Positions 48,086 through 59,119 of a stretch of DNA of 64,000 bases are shown here, piece after piece; positions within the stretch are counted from its first letter, which is position 1, and each line of letters starts with the position of its first letter. Origin of the DNA: Candidatus Giovannonibacteria bacterium (GTDB lineage Bacteria; Patescibacteriota; Minisyncoccia; JACPKW01; UBA11713); NCBI GenBank assembly GCA_016186825.1, contig JACPKW010000006.1, positions 3,191 through 67,190 of the forward strand, written 5' to 3'. The notes under the pieces were generated by a model. It saw only the letters and a list, made by a program, of their open reading frames with translations. It searched no databases and was not told the DNA's origin. The position numbers and the translations under genes were made by a program.

Positions 48086-50080
48086 ATGAACGACTCAATT
48101 TGGTATGTAATTGGCGTAAGCGTTATCGGACTTATCGCGGCGGCTTGGGCGCGCTTTCGCATAAGACAGATGCCTGCGGGAGATGAAAAAATGCTCTCGA
48201 TCGCGCGCGCGATCGAAGAAGGCTCGCTTGCCTATTTAAAAAGGCAATATAAAGTCGTAAGCATTGTCGCGATAATAATCGCGGCTCTCCTCTTTTATTA
48301 TTTTGGAACAAACACAGCTTTAGGATTTGTTATCGGCGCGCTGGCATCTGCGCTTGCCGGATATCTAGGAATGATGACTGCGGTTATGTCGAATGTGCGC
48401 GTCGCCCAAGCCGCAAAATCAGGCCTTTCAAAGGCTTTCCATGCTGCATATCTCGGCGGCTCCGTAACAGGTTTTCTCGTAGTAAGCCTTGGACTTTTGG
48501 TTGTCGGCGCATTCTGGATTTATACAAAAGATTTAGCCGCACTCCTCGGCCTCGGATTCGGGGGATCATTGATTTCAGTTTTCTCGCGACTTGGCGGCGG
48601 AATTTATACCAAAGGGGCGGATGTCGGCGCGGATCTTGTCGGAAAAGTTGAGGTTGGAATTCCAGAAGACGATCCAAGAAACCCTGCCGTGATTGCAGAC
48701 AATGTTGGAGACAACGTCGGCGACTGCGCGGGGATGGCTGCTGATTTATTTGAAACTTACGCAGTTACTTTAATCGCGGCGATGCTTCTGGGCTCGCTCA
48801 TTTACCCGGGAGTAGGCGCGGCGATTACGTACCCGATTTTTTTGGCGGCTGCGGGACTCGTCGCTTCGCTCGTTGGAACTTTATTTGTGCGCGCCCACGT
48901 CAAAGAAAAAATTATGGCTGGATTATATAAAGGGCTGATCGCGGCTGGCATCATTTCGATTATTCTTTTCTGGCCGGTTACGAATGCATTTGTGAAAGAA
49001 AACCAGATCCCGGGAGATTCCTTAAAACTTTTTGCATCTGCTTTAATCGGACTTGCCCTTACGCTCTCAATGGTAATTATTACCGAATACTATACTTCAA
49101 AAAAATTCCGCCCCGTAAAAAATATCGCGAAAGCTTCAACTTCGGGACATGGCACGAACATTATCATGGGGCTTGCAGTCTCGCTTGAAGCGACAGTGCT
49201 TCCGATTATCGCAATCGCGCTTGGAACTTATTTTGCTTGGCTTCTTTTCGGCCTTTACGGAATAGCAATCGCGGCGACTGCAATGCTTTCTTTGACAGGA
49301 ATTATTGTCGCGATCGATTCATTCGGTCCGATTACAGATAATGCGGGCGGAATCGCGGAAATGGCTGGCCTTTCGGCAGATGTCCGCAGCATCACCGATC
49401 CGCTTGATGCGGTTGGAAATACAACGAAAGCTATTACAAAAGGATACGCGATTGCTTCGGCCGGACTTGCCGCGCTCGTTTTATTCGGAGCATACGTTGA
49501 GGAAATTCGAGTGCACGGGGAAGCGCTGACTTTTGAGATAAATGATCCTCTGGTTTTGGTCGGGCTCTTCTTGGGCGGTATGCTCCCCTATCTTTTCGGA
49601 GCGCTTTCGATGCTTGCGGTCGGCAAAGCCGCGGGATCGATTGTGGGGGAAGTCCGCAGGCAATTTCGTGAGAAAAAAATTATGGAAGGAATCGACAAAC
49701 CTGATTACGCAAGAGCGGTAGATATTGTAACTAAAGCCGCACTTCGAGAGATGATTTTGCCCGCTCTTCTGCCAATAGCAGTCACGATTTTGGTCGCGAT
49801 AATTTTCGGCCTCAAAGCGCTGGGCGGACTATTGATAGGGGTTATCATCACAGGACTTTTCCAGGCGATTGCCATGACTTCCGGCGGTGCCGCGTGGGAC
49901 AACGCGAAAAAATATATTGAAGAAGGGAACTACGGCGGAAAAGGTTCTCCCGCGCATCAGGCCGCAGTTACAGGAGACACAGTAGGAGATCCTTACAAAG
50001 ACACCGCTGGTCCCGCCATCAACCCGATGATTAAAGTGGTGAATATAGTAGCGTTATTGCTCGTCGGGATATTACTGTAA
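48086..50080 (+). CDS. hppA: Membrane pyrophosphatase, predicted K+-independent H+-pumping type
   Basis: [26 protein letters not shown] (Lys variant), [10 protein letters not shown]. Confidence 0.93.
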   Translation: MNDSIWYVIGVSVIGLIAAAWARFRIRQMPAGDEKMLSIARAIEEGSLAYLKRQYKVVSIVAIIIAALLFYYFGTNTALGFVIGALASALAGYLGMMTAVMSNVRVAQAAKSGLSKAFHAAYLGGSVTGFLVVSLGLLVVGAFWIYTKDLAALLGLGFGGSLISVFSRLGGGIYTKGADVGADLVGKVEVGIPEDDPRNPAVIADNVGDNVGDCAGMAADLFETYAVTLIAAMLLGSLIYPGVGAAITYPIFLAAAGLVASLVGTLFVRAHVKEKIMAGLYKGLIAAGIISIILFWPVTNAFVKENQIPGDSLKLFASALIGLALTLSMVIITEYYTSKKFRPVKNIAKASTSGHGTNIIMGLAVSLEATVLPIIAIALGTYFAWLLFGLYGIAIAATAMLSLTGIIVAIDSFGPITDNAGGIAEMAGLSADVRSITDPLDAVGNTTKAITKGYAIASAGLAALVLFGAYVEEIRVHGEALTFEINDPLVLVGLFLGGMLPYLFGALSMLAVGKAAGSIVGEVRRQFREKKIMEGIDKPDYARAVDIVTKAALREMILPALLPIAVTILVAIIFGLKALGGLLIGVIITGLFQAIAMTSGGAAWDNAKKYIEEGNYGGKGSPAHQAAVTGDTVGDPYKDTAGPAINPMIKVVNIVALLLVGILL

Positions 50081-50137
50081 AATCTTCAACGCAAAAGATG
50101 TCATTATGTTTCATAATGTTTAAAAACTAAAACATCA

Positions 50138-50171
50138 ACTTCATATGTTCACGATCGTGTAAATATGACGT
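50138..50171. repeat. 34-bp imperfect palindrome with CACGATCGTG core (copy 2)
   Basis: acttcatatgttcacgatcgtgtaaatatgacgt. Confidence 0.7.
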
Positions 50172-50220
50172 AGAAAGACTAAACTAGACAAACTTTTTAT
50201 TTTCAAATTTTAGATATATT

Positions 50221-51996
50221 CTAAAAAACTTCGGCTAGATAGCAGGATTCGCAATAAACTGTTTCGGGCTGATTCGGCGCATAAGTCGTCTCAAATTTTA
50301 TTTCGCAACGCACCTCGCCATGCCCGTGCTTTCCGGAATTTTTATATTTCCAATTTTCAGAGCCAACCCCCGCACATTGGCAAATCCGCGGATAAAGCTT
50401 CAACGGATTTTTCAATTTCACTCTTTCGGCATGCCTGCAATTCGGGCAAAGCCGCGGCAAAGGCAGATTCATTTTCCTCAAAAAATCGAGTTCGCGCGGG
50501 ATAATTCTGAAAGCCTCCGTGCACCCTTCATTGCATCCGACAACTGGCGGATTTTCCTGATGAGCGCATGGGATGATCTGATCCAGAATATCATCCCCAA
50601 CTTCACCAATATTGTCCGGCAATTGAGAATTGGAAATCGAAAATTGATAATTCCGTATTTCAGGCTCTTTCCAGAAATACCCTTGCTCAAGCGCTTCGGT
50701 TTTCGTCAGCGGATGATATTCCGCCGCAACAGTTTCATTATAGGCAAACGGTGAAAATTCCGGCGGAAAATATTCTCCGTATTTATAAACTCTCCCTTGT
50801 TTATCCTTATAGGGCATCGAATTCATTTGATCGGTTATTTTCGGAACCAAAGCCTCGTATTCCTCCTTCGAATACTGTTTATTCAAAATACAATAAGATT
50901 TATTTTTGAGTCCCACACAGCCGAATAAATTATTTGAGTTCTCGCACGTATCCGCATACGAACAATCGAAATCATGCCAGACGCAATATCCGGCTTTCAC
51001 ATTTCGAAGCGCGATAGCGCTTACAACTTCATAAGAAAGCTCGGAATTATCCACGACAACATAGCCGTCATAACAATCCTTCGCCTTATTTCCAAGCTGA
51101 ATAAATTTCGAATCTTCCAAGTATTCCGAATCATATGAATCATAAGTCTTTTTGGAGTTGAAAATATAATCGCCGCCGACATTCGCGTTATATTGCCCAT
51201 GAATATATTTTACGATGAATTGCGGCCAGAATTTTTCCGCCTTTTCTTTCGCTGCCGTCATTTTTTGATGCGATCCCAAGCCCAATTCCTCCAATTTTTT
51301 GAAATAATCTTCTTTGGAATAAGGCTCGTTAAAAATATGATATTGTTTGTTTCGTAAATTTACCGAGCCCACGCAGTCGTGGCAATTTACGCAATTTTTT
51401 GAGAAAAATAAATTCTGCGAATTCGCGCAATCCTGCGAGAAAAATACTCGATAGCATTTTTTGCACGTTACCGAACCATAGCAAAGTTCGCACTCGTTTG
51501 AATTGAGCGAATCAAAAGTATCCTTGCAATTAAAAATCGAATACGAGTAAGCCGAGTCTTCGTTGTGATCGCTAACGAATAAAAGATAACCGTTTTTATT
51601 GAAAGCCGAACCGTTGGTGTATTCACTATTTACATTATTGAAAACGAAAGCGTAAAGACGCGGAACTTGAAGTTGGAGTTCGCGGAACTGTTCCAAAAAC
51701 GGACGAGAAAAATCGAATTCTTTCCCATAGCTCATCGAATCCCACTTGTCACCGTGGTAACACTCAAAGCAGTAAACTTTGAAAGGCTTATCTTTCGAAT
51801 AAAGCGTTATGATATCCTTTCCGCAAAGTGCGCAATTATTTTTATAGAGCGCCCGCTCGTTTCTCCAAACTATGCGGCGAATTTGACGGCACTCCGGGCA
51901 AAAAGTTGGTAAAGGAACATTTATTTTTTTATAAAATTGCGAATCGGATTCTGTTGTTTCAAATTCCTTATGACAATTTGAGCAAACTTTTTTCAT
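50221..51996 (-). CDS. Large Cys-rich hypothetical protein (CxxC ribbons plus Cys-rich repeats)
   Basis: Many CxxC pairs, WRNER.LY, VYCESCY; likely start ATG 51996. Confidence 0.8.
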   Translation of the reverse strand: MKKVCSNCHKEFETTESDSQFYKKINVPLPTFCPECRQIRRIVWRNERALYKNNCALCGKDIITLYSKDKPFKVYCFECYHGDKWDSMSYGKEFDFSRPFLEQFRELQLQVPRLYAFVFNNVNSEYTNGSAFNKNGYLLFVSDHNEDSAYSYSIFNCKDTFDSLNSNECELCYGSVTCKKCYRVFFSQDCANSQNLFFSKNCVNCHDCVGSVNLRNKQYHIFNEPYSKEDYFKKLEELGLGSHQKMTAAKEKAEKFWPQFIVKYIHGQYNANVGGDYIFNSKKTYDSYDSEYLEDSKFIQLGNKAKDCYDGYVVVDNSELSYEVVSAIALRNVKAGYCVWHDFDCSYADTCENSNNLFGCVGLKNKSYCILNKQYSKEEYEALVPKITDQMNSMPYKDKQGRVYKYGEYFPPEFSPFAYNETVAAEYHPLTKTEALEQGYFWKEPEIRNYQFSISNSQLPDNIGEVGDDILDQIIPCAHQENPPVVGCNEGCTEAFRIIPRELDFLRKMNLPLPRLCPNCRHAERVKLKNPLKLYPRICQCAGVGSENWKYKNSGKHGHGEVRCEIKFETTYAPNQPETVYCESCYLAEVF

Positions 51997-52004
51997 TTTG
52001 ATAT

Positions 52005-52235
52005 TTATCCAATTACAGATTGATAAAGATAAAACCGAGAACCCCAATTCGTTTGAAATCCGATACTATTTTCCTGAATCTCAATTCCTTTAACGGTCCT
52101 TTCGGGCAGAGAAATGATATGACGCATCGCCATGTCTAAAGCCTCCTTTTTCGTGTCGCAAAATTTACGAACGCAATGTTTGCAGTCCATCATCCAACTG
52201 TCCCCGCTTTTGTAAATAATTATTTTGTTTTTCAT
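52005..52235 (-). CDS. Small hypothetical protein
   Basis: 76 aa, CKHC. Confidence 0.45.
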   Translation of the reverse strand: MKNKIIIYKSGDSWMMDCKHCVRKFCDTKKEALDMAMRHIISLPERTVKGIEIQENSIGFQTNWGSRFYLYQSVIG

Positions 52236-52517
52236 TTTTTTTCATCTAATCGTATTATTTTTTAATTTTTCCATAAAAATCTTCAATACTATGATGCAAC
52301 ATATTATTTAAAAACTTTGTTGGACCAAATTATAAGGAAAACTTGGCAGAAACCTTATTTCCATGGGCAAAGAACTTGACTCTTCCAGCAGAGTTTAGCA
52401 TGGCAATATTGTTCTGTCAAACAGTCATCATTAAAATATCATTATTTACCAATGGGTTTTCAGATTTTGTGGAATGGATTCGACACAAAATAAATAATGC
52501 CTTAAAATTGGGCTATT

Positions 52518-53297
52518 ATGGAAAATTCAATTAAGGCTCTCATTTCCTCTGGACTTTCGGCAAATGAAGCAAAAATATATTTGGCGCTCTTAGTATTGGG
52601 TAGAGGTACGGTTTCGGAGATTACAAGAAAAGCGAACTTGAACCGTACAACTGGCTATGACGTGCTTGATTCACTCGTGAATATTGGTCTTGCAAGCGTT
52701 TCCGGAAAAGAACCAAAGCAGGAATATATTGCGGAATCGCCAGATCGAGTAGAGGTGAACCTAAAAAATAAAATCGAACAAGACCAGAAAAATTTAAACG
52801 AAATTAAAAACCTGATTCCGGAGCTTAAATCCATCCACAATGTCGCGGGGAGGCCGAAAGTAAGATTTTATGAGGGAACCGAGGGGTTAATTCAAGTTTA
52901 TGAAGACACTCTAACCTCCTCTGAAACAATCCTTGCCTATGCGACGGTTGACGACATGCATAAAGCGCTTCCGAATTATTTCCCGAAATATTATGAGCGC
53001 CGTGCTGGAAAAGGTATCGCCATTAAAGCAATAATTCCAAAAACCGCAGCTGGTGAAGAGCGAGCAGTGCATAATGAGACGGAAAGGCGCGAAACTGCGC
53101 TAATTCCGCCCGATAAATACTATTTCTCGCCCGAAATAAATATTTACGATAACAAAGTAATGATCGCGTCTTTACGCGAAAAGCTGGGCATTATAATAGA
53201 AAGCGCTGAAATCGCAGACGCCATGAAAATTATTTATAAATTAGCATGGCCTGAAGCGAAGAGGCTCGAACAGGAGGCAGAATATATTTCAAAATGA
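52518..53297 (+). CDS. TrmB-family transcriptional regulator
   Basis: GLS.NEAKIYLALL HTH, PKVRFYEG, INIYDNKV. Confidence 0.88.
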   Translation: MENSIKALISSGLSANEAKIYLALLVLGRGTVSEITRKANLNRTTGYDVLDSLVNIGLASVSGKEPKQEYIAESPDRVEVNLKNKIEQDQKNLNEIKNLIPELKSIHNVAGRPKVRFYEGTEGLIQVYEDTLTSSETILAYATVDDMHKALPNYFPKYYERRAGKGIAIKAIIPKTAAGEERAVHNETERRETALIPPDKYYFSPEINIYDNKVMIASLREKLGIIIESAEIADAMKIIYKLAWPEAKRLEQEAEYISK

Positions 53298-53369
53298 ACC
53301 TTTTCTTTATTATTATTCTTTCAAAATTGGGCTTTATTTTTTTATAAAAAAAGAGTAATATACACCGAC

Positions 53370-54416
53370 ATGCAAATAGAAATTAAAAAACTTTCCCCTT
53401 CCGAGGTCGAAATCACAGGCGAACTTGAAGCGGAAAAATTCGATAAATTCTGGGCGAGCGCGGTAAAAAAAGTTAACTCAAAAACAAAGCTCGACGGATT
53501 TCGTCCCGGAAACATCCCCGAGAAAGTTCTAGTTGATAGAGTAGGCGAAGCTGAAATTATGGAAGAAGCCGCCGGACTCGCGCTTTCGGATATCTGGCCC
53601 CGCATCATTAAGGAAAATAAAATCGAGGCGATCGGGCGCCCAGAAATCGTGATTACAAAAATCACAAAAGGAAATCCGCTCGGATTCAAGATCAAAACTT
53701 ACTCCCTCCCAGAAATAAATCTTCCAGACTACGCTGATTTAATAAAGCCTATTTTTTCCGCCGAAACCCCAGTTGCGGTAGAAGAAAAAGAAATTTCAGA
53801 CGCGCTCGAATACATCAGAAAAACCAAGGCAAAGATTTCCGAAAAAGTTGAAAATTCCGAAGCTCCCAAAGAGATTGAAGAACTTCCGGAGTTAAATGAC
53901 GAATTTGCGCGTAGCGTGGGGCAGTTTGAGAACCTGGAAGCCTTAAAAAATACGCTTGCAAATAACATCAAAATGGAGAAAACTATGAAGCTTCGCGACA
54001 AAAAGCGAATGGAGGCTCTTGATCTGATCGCGCATACAATCAAAATAGAAATCCCGCAGATATTGGTTGAGGCCGAGAAAGAAAAAATGATTTCCGAGCT
54101 CAAGGCGAACCTTAGCCAGATGGGCCTCGAATGGGGGCATTACCTCGAACACATCAAAAGAACAGCAGAAGACTTGAGAAAAGAATGGGCAAGCGAAGCT
54201 GAAAAAAGAGTGCGCTACGGCTTAGCAATCCGCGCGATTCGCGAAAGAGAAAAAATTACAGCGAGCGAAGAAGAACTTAAAAAAGAAGTGGAATATATAG
54301 TCTCGCGCCAGACCGCCGAAGAAAAAGGAAAGCTTGACCCCGAAAGCCTGCGCGATTACGCTTATGGTATTATCATCAATGAAAAAGTTTTTCAGGCTTT
54401 AGAAAAAAATAAGTAA
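53370..54416 (+). CDS. tig: Trigger factor (short, PPIase domain largely absent)
   Basis: [10 protein letters not shown] signature; upstream of clpP. Confidence 0.9.
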   Translation: MQIEIKKLSPSEVEITGELEAEKFDKFWASAVKKVNSKTKLDGFRPGNIPEKVLVDRVGEAEIMEEAAGLALSDIWPRIIKENKIEAIGRPEIVITKITKGNPLGFKIKTYSLPEINLPDYADLIKPIFSAETPVAVEEKEISDALEYIRKTKAKISEKVENSEAPKEIEELPELNDEFARSVGQFENLEALKNTLANNIKMEKTMKLRDKKRMEALDLIAHTIKIEIPQILVEAEKEKMISELKANLSQMGLEWGHYLEHIKRTAEDLRKEWASEAEKRVRYGLAIRAIREREKITASEEELKKEVEYIVSRQTAEEKGKLDPESLRDYAYGIIINEKVFQALEKNK

Positions 54417-54424
54417 TTAATATT

Positions 54425-55078
54425 ATGGAAGAAGAAAATATGAGTTATTTAATTCCGACTGTCATCGAAAAATCGCAATATGGCGAGCGCGCTTACGATA
54501 TCTATTCGCGGCTATTAAAAGACCGAATTATCTTTCTTGGCGGACAAATTAACGACGCGGTCGCAAACACCGTGATTGCGCAGATTTTGTTTTTGGAGCT
54601 TCAAGACCCGAAACAGGATATAAAATTATATATAAATTCACCCGGCGGATCGGTTTCTGCTGCGCTTGCGATTTATGACACGATGCAGCACGTGCGGGCG
54701 GAGGTTTCCACGATCTGCATCGGTTTTGCGGCTTCCGCGGCGGCGATTTTGCTCGCTTCAGGCGCAAGAGGCAAGCGCTATGCCCTTCCAAACTCGGAGA
54801 TCATGATCCACCAAGTTTACGGTGCGGCGGAAGGCGTAGCGGCTGATATCAAAATTACCGCTGACCACATTATTCACGTCCGCGAAAAAGTAAATAAAAT
54901 TCTTTCATCTCACACGGGACAGACGCTTGCAAAAATTGAAAGAGATACCGACCGCGATCGCTATATGGATGCCGAGGAAGCAAAAAACTACGGGATCATT
55001 GATCAAATCGTAAAAACAAAAAACGGCTCAACAATAAAAGCCGCAAAAGAACCGAAAGAAAAAGTTTTCTCGAAATAA
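54425..55078 (+). CDS. clpP: ATP-dependent Clp protease proteolytic subunit
   Basis: [23 protein letters not shown]. Confidence 0.97.
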   Translation: MEEENMSYLIPTVIEKSQYGERAYDIYSRLLKDRIIFLGGQINDAVANTVIAQILFLELQDPKQDIKLYINSPGGSVSAALAIYDTMQHVRAEVSTICIGFAASAAAILLASGARGKRYALPNSEIMIHQVYGAAEGVAADIKITADHIIHVREKVNKILSSHTGQTLAKIERDTDRDRYMDAEEAKNYGIIDQIVKTKNGSTIKAAKEPKEKVFSK

Positions 55079-55182
55079 AAAAAGCCGGAAGTAAGAGAAG
55101 TTCTTAGGCACAAGGCCTATATCCCCCTTGCGGGGGCCCTCGAAGGAGGGACGAGGGGGACTTCCCCTACTTTCGGCTTTTT
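55078..55182. ncRNA. Candidate structured RNA / multibranch hairpin between clpP and gpmI
   Basis: Closing stem aaaaagccggaagta/tactttcggcttttt enclosing three short hairpins. Confidence 0.4.
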
Positions 55183-55215
55183 ACTTGTTTAAATATACAA
55201 AACAGAAAAAAAATG

Positions 55216-56814
55216 TCAATTTTCTCGACCCATGATGCCGATTTTTTTAAGCAAACTCACGCCGCGCATTTCTTCAGGAGTTTTTAAGCCCATCAAATCC
55301 AATACCGTCGGGGCAACATCTGTTAAAACTCCGCCGACCTTGGAATAAACGCGGCGAATTTCATCCGGTTCTTTTTCTTTTTGATTCTTAAACTGCTCCC
55401 CGATCAAGTAAAACGGCACAGGATTTGAAGTGTGTTTCGTCCTTTTTTCGCCCGAGACTCTGTATCTTTTTTCTTCAGCATTGCCGTGATCTCCAGTGAT
55501 TACTAAAATCCCTCCGAGCTCAAGCACTTTTTCCATAATTTGGCCGATTTTTTCGTCAAGAATTTCAAGCGCTTTTCTGGTGGCATCAAAACTGCCTGTA
55601 TGCCCTACCATGTCGCCGTTTGCGAAATTTACGAGAATAAAATCGTAATCCCCGATTTTCTCAAGAATATTTTCGCAAATTTTGTCTGCGGACATTTCAG
55701 GATGCTCGTCAAAATGGGCACCCTGAAGAGACGGAACAAGAATCCGATCCTCCAACTCATATGGTTTTTCGATCCCGCCATTAAAAAAATAAGTAACATG
55801 AGCATACTTTTCGGTTTCCGCAACATGCAGCTGTTTTAAATTGTTCTCGGAAATAACACGCGCAAGCGGATAAGAAATATCAAGCGGCGGAAAAGCCACA
55901 AGCACAGGAAGTTTGTCATCATATCTGGTCAGAGTCGCAAAAGCCAAATCCGCAATTTTTTCGCGCGGGAAATGGTCAAAGCCGTCCGCTACAAATGCGG
56001 AACTTAGCTCAATTGCCGAATCTTCACGAAAATTAAAAAATATTACCCCGTCTCCAGTCTGAATTCTGCCTTCGGGCTTTCCATCGCTTCCCGTTAAATA
56101 CCCAGGCTCGATGAATTCATCGCTCCTGCCGCTTTTGTATTCGGAATCAAGATACGATTCCGGATTTTGAAAGCCGTTCCCCTTCCCTTCCGCAAAAAGG
56201 CGGTAGGCCTTCTCGATTCTTCCCCAGTTTCCGTCGCGATCCATGGAAAAATCGCGCCCGACGAGCGATGCTATTTTCGCGGCTGGAAAATTTTTTTCAA
56301 GCCGCCAGATTAAATTTTGTATAAAAGTTAAAGCTTCTTTGGGCGGCGCATCCCTGCCATCCGTAAAAAGATGCAAAAAAACCTGCCCGATTTCCTGCCG
56401 TTTTGAAAACTCGAGCAGGGCATATAGGTGATCCACATAGGCATGGACCGAGCCAGACGAAAAGAGACCCATCAAATGAAGGCGCGATGAACGCTTTTTT
56501 GCGTGCTCCGCAACCTCGACAAATGCAGGATTTTCAAAAAAAGTTCCGTCCTGAATTGAAACAATGATCCGCGGAAGATGGTGATACAAAACTCGCCCAG
56601 CCCCTATGGTCAAATGGCCGACTTCGGAATTCCCCTCTTCCCCCCAAGGAAGCCCGACAGCGATTCCCGAAGCTTGCAAGGTTGTAAAGGGAAAATTTTT
56701 TTCGATTTTTCGTATATTCGGCAGATTCGCCTCTAAAAAGGTTGAGCCGGGATCCTCCGAGACGCCAAAACCATCAAGGACTGCAAGCACTAGCGGCTTA
56801 GAATTTTTAGCCAT
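55216..56814 (-). CDS. gpmI: 2,3-bisphosphoglycerate-independent phosphoglycerate mutase
   Basis: LDGFG, GNSEVGH, AETEKYAHVT, DMVGH, DHGN; likely start ATG 56814. Confidence 0.96.
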   Translation of the reverse strand: MAKNSKPLVLAVLDGFGVSEDPGSTFLEANLPNIRKIEKNFPFTTLQASGIAVGLPWGEEGNSEVGHLTIGAGRVLYHHLPRIIVSIQDGTFFENPAFVEVAEHAKKRSSRLHLMGLFSSGSVHAYVDHLYALLEFSKRQEIGQVFLHLFTDGRDAPPKEALTFIQNLIWRLEKNFPAAKIASLVGRDFSMDRDGNWGRIEKAYRLFAEGKGNGFQNPESYLDSEYKSGRSDEFIEPGYLTGSDGKPEGRIQTGDGVIFFNFREDSAIELSSAFVADGFDHFPREKIADLAFATLTRYDDKLPVLVAFPPLDISYPLARVISENNLKQLHVAETEKYAHVTYFFNGGIEKPYELEDRILVPSLQGAHFDEHPEMSADKICENILEKIGDYDFILVNFANGDMVGHTGSFDATRKALEILDEKIGQIMEKVLELGGILVITGDHGNAEEKRYRVSGEKRTKHTSNPVPFYLIGEQFKNQKEKEPDEIRRVYSKVGGVLTDVAPTVLDLMGLKTPEEMRGVSLLKKIGIMGREN

Positions 56815-56863
56815 TAATGCAATTCTAACCTCCTTAAAAAAATTTGGGAATACGTTTTTAGTC

Positions 56864-56932
56864 AACCCCGTTAGAAATCTGTTTAATTGCATATAAATTG
56901 TTATGGACATTTTGACGAGGTTTCTAAGGGGG
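56864..56932. mobile_element. ACCCCGTTAGA-type MITE-like element (copy 3)
   Basis: aaccccgttagaaatct ... aggtttctaaggggg. Confidence 0.6.
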
Positions 56933-57046
56933 CAAACCTTGCGGTTATTAATAATGGCTGGTATGATACGGACATTATATTCGTAATTTAAACGTTCTTA
57001 TATAAATTTATAAATTCGATGAACGTTTTGAAAGGAAAAATTTATA

Positions 57047-58576
57047 ATGAATTTTATCTCACCGGGTCTCGCGGCAGCCTTGGCGCTTTTGGCAGGCGCT
57101 GTAGCGGGATATGTTACGAGCCAGTTTGTGGGCTACTACCGAAAAAATTCGGTAGGATTAAAAGTAAAGCAAATCCTTCTCGATACTAAGGCCGAGGCTG
57201 TAAAAACCTTAGAAGAGTCGAAAAAAAAGGCAGAGATTTTTATTGAGGAATCGCGCAAAGAAGCGAAAGAGCGCGAAAGCCAGCTTAGAAAGTTAGAAGA
57301 AAAATTCCTTCAAAAAGAAGACCTTGCTGAAAAGAAACAGGCGGCTTTGGATTCCGAAATGGATAACCTGAAAAAGAAAGCTGAGGAAATTAAAAAGATT
57401 CGGGAAGATGCGGAGAAGCTCGAGGCTTCAAAGCGCGAGGAACTCCAGAAAATTGCGGGGCTTTCCGAATCAGAAGCAAAAAAGGAGCTCTTGGATTCGA
57501 TCGAGAAAAAATACGAATCGGACATTTTAGCTCGCATCCAAAAGCTTGAACTTTTCGGACAGGAAAAACTGGAAGAGAGAGGGAAAAATATTTTGGCGGC
57601 AGTCATCCAGCGGCTCGCCTCCTCGACTGCGTCCGAACTTACTACAACTTCTGTCCAAATCGCTTCAGAAGATTTGAAGGGAAAAATTATCGGGAAAGAG
57701 GGAAGAAACATCCGCGCTTTTGAGCGCGCGGCAGGCGTTGAAATGATCGTTGACGACACGCCTGGCACAGTTATCATTTCGAGCTTCGATCCGGTCCGCA
57801 GACATATCGCAAAAATGGCCTTGGAAAATTTAATCCTCGACGGGCGTATCCAGCCCGCACGGATTGAAGAAATGGTTGAGAAGGCAAAAATCGAAATTGA
57901 AAAAATAATCAAGGACGCGGGAGAAAAAGCCGCTTATGAAATCGGCATTTTCGATATCGACCCGCGGCTCTTGATGCTTCTAGGACGCCTCCGCTTCCGA
58001 ACTTCTTACGGCCAAAACGTGCTTCAGCATTCCATTGAAATGTCGCATCTCGCAGGAATGATAGCTTCCGAACTCGGGGCGGACGTTAACATTGCGAAAA
58101 AGGGGGCGCTTTTGCATGACATCGGAAAAGCTGTTGATCATGAAATCCAGGGCACGCATGTTGAAATTGGACGGCGAATTTTGCAGAAATTCAATGTTGA
58201 TACGCGAGTAATCCAGGCGATGCAATCGCACCATGAAGAGTATCCCTATGAAACTATCGAATCGATCATCGTCCAGACGGTGGACGCAATTTCGGCATCA
58301 CGTCCGGGGGCGAGAAGGGATACGGTAGAAAATTACTTGAAGCGCCTCGAGGACTTGGAAAGGATCGCAAATGAATTCCCGGGCGTAGAAAAATCTTACG
58401 CGATCCAGGCGGGACGTGAAATCAGAATTTTCGTGACACCTGAAAAAGTTACGGATCTTGAAATGAAAAAGATGGCGCGCGACATTGCAAACCGCATTGA
58501 GCAAGAATTAAAATACCCCGGTGAAATAAAAGTGCACATAATAAGAGAAACCCGAGTCGCAGACTATGCCCGCTAG
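57047..58576 (+). CDS. rny: Ribonuclease Y
   Basis: TM, coiled coil, KH (IIGKEGRNI), HD (LLHDIGK). Confidence 0.97.
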   Translation: MNFISPGLAAALALLAGAVAGYVTSQFVGYYRKNSVGLKVKQILLDTKAEAVKTLEESKKKAEIFIEESRKEAKERESQLRKLEEKFLQKEDLAEKKQAALDSEMDNLKKKAEEIKKIREDAEKLEASKREELQKIAGLSESEAKKELLDSIEKKYESDILARIQKLELFGQEKLEERGKNILAAVIQRLASSTASELTTTSVQIASEDLKGKIIGKEGRNIRAFERAAGVEMIVDDTPGTVIISSFDPVRRHIAKMALENLILDGRIQPARIEEMVEKAKIEIEKIIKDAGEKAAYEIGIFDIDPRLLMLLGRLRFRTSYGQNVLQHSIEMSHLAGMIASELGADVNIAKKGALLHDIGKAVDHEIQGTHVEIGRRILQKFNVDTRVIQAMQSHHEEYPYETIESIIVQTVDAISASRPGARRDTVENYLKRLEDLERIANEFPGVEKSYAIQAGREIRIFVTPEKVTDLEMKKMARDIANRIEQELKYPGEIKVHIIRETRVADYAR

Positions 58577-58713
58577 GAGGTGGGTTAGTTTCACAGAAGT
58601 GAAAAATAATGCGAGAAAGACCAAAATGAGCAAAGTTGTTTTCACTTTTGTAACATGTTATGATATCGCAATAAATTCAAAGGTCGTAAATCGAGAATAA
58701 AAATATATATAGA

Positions 58714-59001
58714 ATGAACAAAGTAGAATTGGCAAGCAAACTTTGGGAAATGCATTCCAAAAGCGGAATGGATGTTTCCAAAAAACATTCAGAGGAAGTG
58801 GTGGATTTCGTTTTCGATTCGATCACTGAAGCTATGAAAAGAGGCGAGGAAGTTTCGATCGCAGGCTTTGGGACTTTCGCGGTAAAACAGAGAAAGGCGC
58901 GCCAGGCGAGGAACCCTAGAACAGGCCAGACAGTAAATGTCCCCGCAATGAAAGTTCCGAAATTTCGCGCGGGCAAGGGGCTTAAAGAAGCTGTAAAATA
59001 A
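58714..59001 (+). CDS. hup: DNA-binding protein HU
   Basis: MNK.EL, GFGTF, RNPRTG, KFRAGKGLK. Confidence 0.96.
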   Translation: MNKVELASKLWEMHSKSGMDVSKKHSEEVVDFVFDSITEAMKRGEEVSIAGFGTFAVKQRKARQARNPRTGQTVNVPAMKVPKFRAGKGLKEAVK

Positions 59002-59012
59002 ATTCGATCTCC

Positions 59013-59055
59013 AAAATCAAAAATCCCTCGGCAGTGCCGAGGGATTTTTGATTTT
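59013..59055. terminator. Hairpin terminator after HU
   Basis: aaaatcaaaaatccctcggca-g-tgccgagggatttttgatttt. Confidence 0.8.
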
Positions 59056-59119
59056 AATTGCAATTAAATAAGTCTGTTTCCATGCAGGTGATATTTCCTT
59101 CAGAGTTTTTTGTTTTATG

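Noticed and set aside
56815-56910. N-terminal extension of GpmI
   Set aside because: Runs through the MITE-like element; ATG 56814 gives a normal iPGM N-terminus.
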